Positions 34,701-41,759 of a stretch of 64,000 bases of DNA are shown here, piece by piece; position 1 is the first letter of the stretch; the number at the start of each line of letters is the position of its first letter. Source of the stretch: Bugula neritina (lineage: Eukaryota; Animalia; Bryozoa); the NCBI GenBank assembly GCA_964035545.1, contig OZ037765.1, positions 8,194,698 to 8,258,697 on the forward strand, read 5' to 3'. The notes under the pieces were generated by a model. The model saw nothing but the letters and a program-made list of their open reading frames with translations, was not told the origin of the DNA and did not search any database. The translations under genes were made by a program, and so were the position numbers.

Positions 34701-37700
34701 GATGACAACCGACTGTTACTAGTCTGAGAGTCATACATCTTTTCAGATAGCACTCGCGGGACTGAGTCGTGTCGTGTAGACTGACAGAGAGACATAGTGT
34801 CAAGCTCCAGATCTAGTAGATCGTCGGCCATCTTTATGTTCTCGTCGCCTTTCACGTAGGACTCAGTCCCCAGTAGTTGTGATTCAATCAAGGCGATTAA
34901 ATCAGAACTGACTGATGGTAGACTGGTTTCCATGAGTGGAAATGTTAGCTCAGAGCAAGCTTACCTGAGAACCCGGTATTTGTAATCATACTCAGCGTTC
35001 AAGCTTGGATGTCCGTGGATTGAGTTTGAATGCGTCTTCCCTTGACAATGTCAGCGTACGAAAAGACTGGGCAGCGTGGTTGTTGCGCACGGCTGGAACT
35101 ATTTGCCTCGGGCGTAGTAGTTTTGTTTACTACTCCGCCTTCGCAAAAGTTGAGATTTCCGTGGTGTTCACAACTCCCACGCTTTGTTGCCAGTCTTTCC
35201 GTACGGCGCCCAGCTAGACTTTCATAACTGCCGTTTGTAACACGGTCACATATGAAATCTTTAAGGTATGCTGGGGGTTGTCTAGTACGCTGTCCCCGTT
35301 CCAGGGGAGGTGACGCATCAGCTGGAGAGGGAGTTGTAGCTGTTGGTTGGGGCGGCGTACTCACTGGTGGGCTATTTTGCTCCACCTGTGGTGTTTCTGG
35401 CCCGCCGTTGGTGGTGGTGTTCCCCTCTCTGCTGTTGTCTCCAGATGGAGCCCCTCCCACGGGGGGGTTTTGCACTTCCGGACGCGGATGCGGAACCGGA
35501 AGTGGTGGGGGTAGACTTGGTACTGGGGGCGGTGGGCGCACTTCCGTTGGTGGGAGTGGCGTCTCCTGCCTCACTAAGTCCTCTCCCCGCGGCACAACCA
35601 CTTCGTATTCTGGTCCATGCCGTTGCCGCCCACGCGTTACTGTCTGCCTCCTGGGCTCCAACAACGGGGGGGCTGCTCCTGCTGCTCCTGGGCTAGCCCA
35701 ATACGGTTTCAAGCGGGCTTCGTTCTGGACAGAGACCTGTCCAGATCGCTCCAACTTGTACGTATGATTGGGCATAGCTTCAACTACTACGTAGGGTCCC
35801 ACAAACTTAGGCTGGAGCTTAGCCGCTTGTCCTCGACGCCTACGGTAGTTGATCATCCACACCCAGTCCCCAGTTCGATAGAGGGGTGGTTCCTGAGAGT
35901 CCTCTCGCCGTACCTGCCACTGCTTTGCCCGCAGTATTTCGTGTGCGGCCCTCAGGTCCTCTATCAATTTACTGGCATACTCGTGGATGGTATAGTCCTG
36001 CTCTGGGATGTGGTATGTGAGGTGGTCAGGCACTCGCGTCTCTCGACCGAGCATCAGGAGGTTAGGGGTTTCCCCCGTACTGGTGTGTGGTGTACTACGG
36101 TAGGCCCGCATGACTTGCGGTAGTACCGTATCCCACTCCTCCTGACCCCGGCCGAGGAGCAGGCTGCGCAGTGCATCGCCCAACATGCGATTGTTGCGTT
36201 CCACCACCCCGTTGCCCTGAGGATGGTACGGGGTGGTCCTGCTTTGGTTCACTCCCCAGAGGCGGCAGAGGTCGCTCAACAGTTGGGACTGGAATTGAGC
36301 CCCCTGGTCCGAATGTATTTGCTCAGGTAGTCCAAGATAGCAGAATACATTTTGGTCCAGCACCCTGGCCACCGTGGGGGCGGACGCATCTGGAATAGCC
36401 AGGGCATCCGCCCACCGTGTAAAGTGGTCGGTTAATACTAGGATCCAGCTGTTTCCCCTGGGGGTGACGGGCATGGGTCCGACTAGGTCGATAGCTACCA
36501 CCTGCCATGGCCTTCCAGCATATAGCCGACGCCGTCCCGCTTCACCAGGGATACGGCCATGCTTGCTGGCCTGGCAGATTTCGCATTGTTTGACTCTACG
36601 CCGCACCTCACGCTCCATGCCGGGCCAGTACCACCGGAGTTGTAACTTGGAGAGAACCCTGCTCACTCCGGCGTGGGCTTGCTTGTGGGTGTCCCATACT
36701 AACTCCCGGCGTATGGCGGCTGGGCAGATCACCCTTTGTCTGCCGTATTGGTTGTTGTGAGCAGCCACTGTGATGGTCAGCAGACCATCTGGCCCGATCC
36801 GCAGGGAATCCCAACGTTGGCAGTACAACCGTAACTCGGTGCATCCCTGCCGCAGTTGTTCTTCACTGGGTCGTCGCCCCTCCTTTTTGGCACGATATAC
36901 GTCGGCTACCACTCCAGGGAGGTCCTCCTGGAGTCTTCGTAGCTCTCTAACGTTATCAGCCAAGACAGGATTGGCACGGAGGCGTTGGATAGCCTCCGGG
37001 GGCGTAGAGGCCTTCTGTAGGAGTTGACCCTGGTCCCAGTCATACTCCGTTTCAGAGTGGTTCAGTGCTCTCAACTCGGATTTTGGAGGACCTCCGTCCC
37101 TCTTCTCGATGTTGAGGCACTGTTTACACCCCTCGTCCGGTCGCCGGCTCAGTCCATCAGCATTGCCGTGTTTCTTACCGGGTCGGTGTTCGATCCGGTA
37201 AGAGAACTCGGCCAGGACCTCGAGCCATCGGGCGACTTGGCTGGACGGTTCTGCTCTCTTACATGACCAAATCAAGGAGGCGTGGTCGGTCCGCAAGCGG
37301 AACTTCCTGCCGTATAGATAAGGTCTGAAATGCTTCACCGACTTGATTACTGCCAGCAATTCCTTTCGGGTAGTGCAGTAATTTCGTTCAGTGGGCGAGA
37401 GAGACTTACTGTAGTAGGCCACGACTACTTCGCGGCCCTCCTGCACCTGGGACAGCACAGCGCCGACATTTTGGTCACTGGCGTCAGTATCGAGGATGTA
37501 CTCCAGGGCAGGGTCTGGATAGGCCAGGATAGGGGCCTCCAGCAGGCGGCCTTTGAGGCAGTCGAACGCTCTCTGTTCGACGGGAGTCCACTGCCAGGTC
37601 ACCCCCTTTGCGGTGAGCCGGTTTAACGGCTGCGCTACCCCCGCAAAGTCTGGTATGTATTGCCTGTAATACCCTACCAGCCCCAGGAAAGCCCGTAGCC

Positions 37701-40700
37701 CGGTCAAATCCTGGGGGGTTACCCAATCTTCTATAGCTCGTACCTTTTCAGGATCCGTCGCCACGCCGTGGCGGCCGACGATGTGCCCTAGGTACTTCAC
37801 CTCTGGCTGCAAGAGAGCGCACTTGGAGGGTTTGAGCTTCAGATTGGCGCCTCGGAGTCGATCGAAGACCTCCCGCAGACGACTGACGTGCGTCTGAAAG
37901 TCTGGGGAGATCACGATGACGTCGTCGAGGTACACTAGCAGTGTCTTCCAGTGGAGTCCACTGAGGACCTGTTCCATGAGCCGCTGGAACGTGGCGGGGG
38001 CGGAAGTCAGTCCGAAGGGGAGGACTTTCCACTTCCATAAGCCGTCCCGCGTGATGAACGCCGCCTTCTCCTGGGCGTCTGGGCTGAGGGGGACCTGCCA
38101 ATAGCCGCTCAACAAGTCTAGCGTACTGAAGTACTTGCTGCCGGCTAAGGCGTCCAGAGATTCGTCGATCCTGGGTAAGGGGTAGGCGTCCTGTATGGTC
38201 ACGCTATTGAGCTTGCGATAATCCACACAGAACCGCCAACTGCCGTCTTTCTTTCGGACCAGAACGACCGGTGAACTCCACGCGCTATGCGCTGGTTCGA
38301 TGAGGCCGCGGTCCAAAAGATCCCGGACTTGTTGGCTTACCTCTTTTTCCTTCTCTGGTCCCAGCCTCCTGGTGGGCTGCCGAATAGGGGTAGTCCCTGC
38401 AGCCAGCAATATCTCATGACGGACGGCCGTGGTCAGGCCGACGTCATGGTCCCCACTGCTGAACACGTCGCTATAATCACGTAGCAACTGAGCCATAGTC
38501 TGGCGTTCCACGTTGCCCGTGCAGCCGTTACACGCTGCCTGGTATAGCTCTTTGACGTGTGATGGGACGGTCCCCCGCCTAACTGACGGGCTCTGTTGGG
38601 GACCTTCCGTCGCAGCTCCCAGCGACGGCCCTACATCCCCCTCCTGGATGGAGTGGAAGCGACCCAGCATGGATCCTGACGGTAATTGTACCGCTTCGGA
38701 GAAAGGGTTGACACACTGCACCAAGATCTCTCCTCGGCCAGTCAGCCGGTTAAGACTGCTGGCGAGTTGGATTCTAGAGTGCGCACCTTCGACAACCCCT
38801 AGCCCCGAGAGTTGGCTATTGTTCACTCTGCAGTGAACGGTAGCCCGGGAGCGGCCGGGTATAGTACAGTTGCGTACTACCTGCACACCTCCCGCTAGAG
38901 GACGACCGAACTTGTCGACACAGGTGAGCTCTTTGCCGCCCATTAGCATGGCTGACTTGCTAAAGTCAATATGGCACCCGTGTCTCTTCAAGAACGGCAT
39001 CCCTAGTATGGCATCTTCCTCCAGTGGGCTGATGACGAAGGTTTCCTGAATGGCTTGGTCGCGGACGCGCCCAGCCAATTCTATGATACCGTAGAAAGGA
39101 ATCCGTGACCCGTCAGCTAGGGTGCCCGGTTCCCCGGTATAGGGAGCTAAGGCTCCCCTCTCCTTGAGAGGGAGGGTGTCGAAGACCCGACGGCTGAGGA
39201 TATTAGTGGTACACCCGGAGTCTAACAGGAAGGTGACAGCTTTACCGGCCACCTTCCCTGGCAAGAAGTAGCTGCCTCCGTGAGGTTGTACCCGTATTCC
39301 CCCAGCGTGCTCGGTCTCGGCCGAACGGGGCTGTGCCCGTTTGTTCCGCGGTTTGCGGGGCCGGTGAGAGTTTCCTTGCGGGGAGGTGTTCTGATCCTCC
39401 CCGATGCCCTGAGGGGCCTCGCTGGTCTGTTCCATTACTGGTAACGGACTGAAGCGGTTGGTGAGAGGCAGAGAGAAGGGGTCTCGTGGTCGACCTGGTT
39501 GGCTGGTACGGCGAGGTGTTTGCCATTGACGGGGGGTGTGTCGCTGGGCCCGTACGGGCTCCTGGCGACACCCACCCCGTTTTTCTCTCTGTGTGTGTCC
39601 GCGGAGCTCTGGGGGTCTCCGGGGAGGTTGTGGTTTCTGCTGCCGTTTGAATCGTGGGCCGCTCAGGTGGCGGTGTCCCTGACTGCCGCTTTCCCAGCGT
39701 CGCATCATGGGTCTTGGGGGTTTTGCTGCCGTCCTCTTACTCTTCCTTGAGTGGTTGTATGTCATCGTCGCCACCAATTGTCCCAGTCTAGTCATCAAGC
39801 GGCTTATCTCCGTCTCTATGGGGTTTTTAGTGGTCGCGGCAGCTATGCGGACCGGATGGTCTGGTTCCCTAGAGGGCTGTGGCGTGGCCTCCTCCGTCTT
39901 ATAGTCGTTCGGCTCCAGCGTAGGCCTTGTTCTCTTGGATTGCAGCCTCAATTGTGGTCACTCCCTTGGCTTGCAACTGGTGATGGAAGTCCAAAGAATT
40001 GAGAGACTGTACAAAGGCTTCGAATGTGTAGTGCCGTCTGTGTGTTTCTGGCAGATCGCTATACGCGGTCCGTGCCAGTCTCTGCACCAGAGTGGCGTGG
40101 TCAGAAAGCGGTGTACATGTCTTGCGGAGTAATCCTCGCAGTCTGGACTTGGCGACGGCAACGGGCATGCCAAAACGGGCCCGTAGTGTAGCAATGATCC
40201 CGTTTATGCTAGGCTTCCACCCGTACGGCTTGGCTTCTCCCGTCAGTGCCATCCGCAGTTTTGTAAGGGTTACTCTTGGCGGCCATCTTGCAATGGCGGC
40301 AGTTTCACGGAATTCTTGAACGAATTGTTCAATATCCTCGCAGCCTGTGAACACGGGAACCTCCAACATGTTCCTATATACCTCCTCTCCAGCTCCGAGA
40401 GGGCCTATAATAATGTTCTGCTCACCTCCTTCCATTGCAGTTACTCCTTCGTCCATGATGTTCTAATACTTCTCATTGTTCTAATACAGTAGCTAGAAAT
40501 CCCACCGCTGCCACCACTGTAGTAATTTATGTAACTACTATGCGTGGGTTCCTAGCTTGTAATTATGTCTATTTATCTACACCAATAAAGTATTTAGGTA
40601 AAAGCTTCCAAGTTTATTTACTACTAAATATATAAAAGATACAGCTCGTACACAGATTAGAGATTACATCTTCGCTTAGTTAGCACGCTCTCTCTACTGC

Positions 40701-41611
40701 AAAACTACTACTAACTAACTCAGGCCTATCACGTGACGCACTTGGATAGGCTGAAGGAATGCGGGGGACGCGCGTATTACGTCCTCACTACAATATTACA
40801 GACTCAGACTGAGACTAACCAAGTCTTAGTCTAATCCAATAAAAAAAAACTTATAGTCACTTTATAGTCACTATCCCTGTGAGAAACCCCTGATAGAAAG
40901 GGTTTTTGTTAAAGCGGGCTAAGGACTTATTTAAAATGAGGCACAGGAGCAATTATGACTGGATGCTCTTCCTAACATCACCAATGGCCTTTAGTACTGG
41001 GGGTTTAAACTCATGAATTCGTGCTTACTAAGCTAATGCTCTAACCTCTAGGCCACGGCTGCTCCCTAGTCTAATCCAATAACAATATGCTTAAATAAGT
41101 TTTGAGCATTGATTTTGAATGGATACATAAATTATAAAATCATTTATTAACAAATATACTAATAATAATAAATAATAACTAACAGTAACTCTAAGATAGA
41201 CTGAGACTTAAGACTAAAGTTTAATTATAATTTATGTTATTGTGGTGGTCACTAGTGGCTGAGATAGTTACAGTTGCCGTTGAAGCCATTGACGCAGGCC
41301 GTAACAATCACAATGTGAATGTAAACTCAAGCTGAATCTGACAGAAATACTGAACAGACGTGACAGTTTGAGTCACAGTGAGTGTGATAATCAGTGTGAG
41401 TGTGACATTCGAAGAGGGAGCACTGATAGAGATAACTCACTAACTATAAGTTAATGTAAATGTATAACTATAAGTATAAGTATTACTATAAGTATAAGTA
41501 TAACTATAAGTTAGTATAAGTATAACTATAAGTATAAGCATTTCGATTTTACTTTTTAGTGACGTGCCCTACCGTTGAAACAACAGAAAAAGCTTGTTGA
41601 AATAGGCTCAT
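31770..41611 (-). CDS. MRPS14: Mitochondrial ribosomal protein S14 (uS14m), 3 exons, about 138 aa
   Basis: Exon 32597-32403 reads ..YVNKWMRRDVKRRELSKQFNNERIRLTSIKRSKILPKELQ and exon 31952-31770 reads ..LPRDAFPTRIHKRCVLTSRPRG..RLSRIQWRLLADYNKLSGVTRSTW*. The likely first exon is 41611-41573 (MSLFQQAFSVVST, GTAGGG donor, phase 0) on the far side of the Gypsy insertion, and this assignment is less certain than exons 2-3. Confidence 0.9.
33214..33488 (-). repeat. 3' LTR of Gypsy element 1
   Basis: Direct repeat of 40518-40792. Contains a minus-strand AATAAA (33309-33314) and a CACGTG E-box. Confidence 0.96.
33489..33500 (-). other. Polypurine tract of element 1
   Basis: TGGAGGGGGCGG lies immediately before the 3' LTR on the minus strand. 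Confidence 0.85.
33845..34933 (-). CDS. Gypsy ORF3 in the env position: zinc-finger / basic / coiled-coil protein, 362 aa, not Env-like
   Basis: Intact ORF between pol and the 3' LTR. It has a canonical C2H2 finger CRLCQLHFTTPRRLRVHIPQH, a variant finger CPCGEYSYHRDYILRHQRTMGCH, a basic RPSRKRR patch and a C-terminal heptad repeat. No signal peptide or transmembrane segment is visible. Confidence 0.85.
   Translation of the reverse strand: METSLPSVSSDLIALIESQLLGTESYVKGDENIKMADDLLDLELDTMSLCQSTRHDSVPRVLSEKMYDSQTSNSRLSSELWCKDHIRSNSNSALLDTALSPLSGDMPSLEMAWNEEPVPTTLPEALLQQSCWVTTDTETLIREHKGDDQCTTCRLCQLHFTTPRRLRVHIPQHYFTTFCPCGEYSYHRDYILRHQRTMGCHIGHLFEVDEPSFPQFLNLIRPFISDPVRYERLRQEFPAPRTITQGPCPKPPGYRKPRISHSSPPARTVPRPDSIPRVVLRRIDIPQRWRPSPPVSPRPSRKRRWPSSSPNRHSAPARNLGEAEERIRELEKEVQRLTPRISAAASELRALSASVARMKGSA
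34999..39951 (-). CDS. pol: Gypsy Pol frame of element 1 (former Gag C-terminus fused to protease, RT, RNase H and integrase)
   Basis: Protease LLDSGCT (about 39214-39222), RT YLDD (37921-37932), RNase H LDTDASD, integrase HHCC plus D-D-E (IDLVGP, SDQGAQF, VVERNNR) and a GPY/F module. The ORF opens at a TTG, so the true initiation or recoding route is unclear. Confidence 0.95.
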   Translation of the reverse strand: MRLQSKRTRPTLEPNDYKTEEATPQPSREPDHPVRIAAATTKNPIETEISRLMTRLGQLVATMTYNHSRKSKRTAAKPPRPMMRRWESGSQGHRHLSGPRFKRQQKPQPPRRPPELRGHTQREKRGGCRQEPVRAQRHTPRQWQTPRRTSQPGRPRDPFSLPLTNRFSPLPVMEQTSEAPQGIGEDQNTSPQGNSHRPRKPRNKRAQPRSAETEHAGGIRVQPHGGSYFLPGKVAGKAVTFLLDSGCTTNILSRRVFDTLPLKERGALAPYTGEPGTLADGSRIPFYGIIELAGRVRDQAIQETFVISPLEEDAILGMPFLKRHGCHIDFSKSAMLMGGKELTCVDKFGRPLAGGVQVVRNCTIPGRSRATVHCRVNNSQLSGLGVVEGAHSRIQLASSLNRLTGRGEILVQCVNPFSEAVQLPSGSMLGRFHSIQEGDVGPSLGAATEGPQQSPSVRRGTVPSHVKELYQAACNGCTGNVERQTMAQLLRDYSDVFSSGDHDVGLTTAVRHEILLAAGTTPIRQPTRRLGPEKEKEVSQQVRDLLDRGLIEPAHSAWSSPVVLVRKKDGSWRFCVDYRKLNSVTIQDAYPLPRIDESLDALAGSKYFSTLDLLSGYWQVPLSPDAQEKAAFITRDGLWKWKVLPFGLTSAPATFQRLMEQVLSGLHWKTLLVYLDDVIVISPDFQTHVSRLREVFDRLRGANLKLKPSKCALLQPEVKYLGHIVGRHGVATDPEKVRAIEDWVTPQDLTGLRAFLGLVGYYRQYIPDFAGVAQPLNRLTAKGVTWQWTPVEQRAFDCLKGRLLEAPILAYPDPALEYILDTDASDQNVGAVLSQVQEGREVVVAYYSKSLSPTERNYCTTRKELLAVIKSVKHFRPYLYGRKFRLRTDHASLIWSCKRAEPSSQVARWLEVLAEFSYRIEHRPGKKHGNADGLSRRPDEGCKQCLNIEKRDGGPPKSELRALNHSETEYDWDQGQLLQKASTPPEAIQRLRANPVLADNVRELRRLQEDLPGVVADVYRAKKEGRRPSEEQLRQGCTELRLYCQRWDSLRIGPDGLLTITVAAHNNQYGRQRVICPAAIRRELVWDTHKQAHAGVSRVLSKLQLRWYWPGMEREVRRRVKQCEICQASKHGRIPGEAGRRRLYAGRPWQVVAIDLVGPMPVTPRGNSWILVLTDHFTRWADALAIPDASAPTVARVLDQNVFCYLGLPEQIHSDQGAQFQSQLLSDLCRLWGVNQSRTTPYHPQGNGVVERNNRMLGDALRSLLLGRGQEEWDTVLPQVMRAYRSTPHTSTGETPNLLMLGRETRVPDHLTYHIPEQDYTIHEYASKLIEDLRAAHEILRAKQWQVRREDSQEPPLYRTGDWVWMINYRRRRGQAAKLQPKFVGPYVVVEAMPNHTYKLERSGQVSVQNEARLKPYWASPGAAGAAPPLLEPRRQTVTRGRQRHGPEYEVVVPRGEDLVRQETPLPPTEVRPPPPVPSLPPPLPVPHPRPEVQNPPVGGAPSGDNSREGNTTTNGGPETPQVEQNSPPVSTPPQPTATTPSPADASPPLERGQRTRQPPAYLKDFICDRVTNGSYESLAGRRTERLATKRGSCEHHGNLNFCEGGVVNKTTTPEANSSSRAQQPRCPVFSYADIVKGRRIQTQSTDIQA
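39899..40456 (-). CDS. gag: Gag capsid-like ORF of element 1, 185 aa, ending before the nucleocapsid region
   Basis: Aligns to the N-terminal two thirds of the element 2 Gag (FTG.E..EQF.QEF, WPPRV.L.KLRMAL..AKPYG, LRARFG, AYSDLP). Confidence 0.88.
   Translation of the reverse strand: MDEGVTAMEGGEQNIIIGPLGAGEEVYRNMLEVPVFTGCEDIEQFVQEFRETAAIARWPPRVTLTKLRMALTGEAKPYGWKPSINGIIATLRARFGMPVAVAKSRLRGLLRKTCTPLSDHATLVQRLARTAYSDLPETHRRHYTFEAFVQSLNSLDFHHQLQAKGVTTIEAAIQENKAYAGAERL
40499..40516 (-). other. Primer binding site complementary to the 3' end of tRNA-Leu (AAG/TAG type)
   Basis: TGGTGGCAGCGGTGGGAT starts 1 nt after the 5' LTR and is the reverse complement of the ...ATCCCACCGCTGCCA-CCA end of metazoan tRNA-Leu. 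Confidence 0.9.
40518..40792 (-). repeat. 5' LTR of Gypsy element 1
   Basis: 275 bp, TG...CA, adjacent to the PBS and matching 33214-33488. Confidence 0.96.
40843..41066 (-). mobile_element. tRNA-headed SINE with a 16-bp TSD
   Basis: The minus-strand head GGAGCAGCCGTGGCCTAGAGGTTAGAGCA carries an A box, followed by a degenerate B box GAGTTTAAACCC, a (GTGACTATAA)2 repeat and a T-run tail. The TSD TAGTCTAATCCAATAA is at 40827-40842 and 41067-41082. Confidence 0.8.
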
Positions 41612-41759
41612 AACTTTAAGTATTAATTTTTTGAAGTAAATTATATTTTAAATGACAGCAAAGATTCTTCATTCAATAACTGCAAAGTCTAAGTCACAGT
41701 CTGAGTCCTAGCTGATTCACTTTCAGAAACTGGTAGAGATTGCTTCAATCGCTCTCAAG
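41612..41759. promoter_or_regulatory. Probable bidirectional promoter region between MRPS14 (minus) and the LZTS-like gene (plus)
   Basis: The MRPS14 ATG is at 41611 on the minus strand. A plus-strand donor CAAG|GTTAGC at 41759/41760 and a candidate UTR exon 43909-44005 (TTTAG...GTAAGT) lead to the acceptor just before the ATG at 45235. This is inferred without transcript evidence. Confidence 0.4.

Larger units (their letters stand above)
33214..40792 (-). mobile_element. Full-length Ty3/Gypsy LTR retrotransposon, element 1 (7579 bp), with gag, pol and an extra ORF3
   Basis: Two 275-bp TG...CA LTRs that look identical by eye, a 4-bp TSD ATAT (33210-33213 and 40793-40796), a PBS, a PPT and PR-RT-RNaseH-IN domain order. 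Confidence 0.97.

Noticed and set aside
33845-34933. ORF3 as an envelope gene
   Set aside because: It has no signal peptide, fusion peptide or transmembrane anchor, and it has zinc fingers instead.
33759-40319. Many plus-strand ORFs inside element 1 (for example 33759-34355 and 35252-35767) and minus-strand ORFs inside element 2
   Set aside because: Expected shadows of GC-rich coding sequence, with no motifs of their own.
40990-41066. tRNA gene
   Set aside because: The B box is degenerate, there is no cloverleaf, and it is flanked by a TSD with a SINE body, so it is a SINE head.
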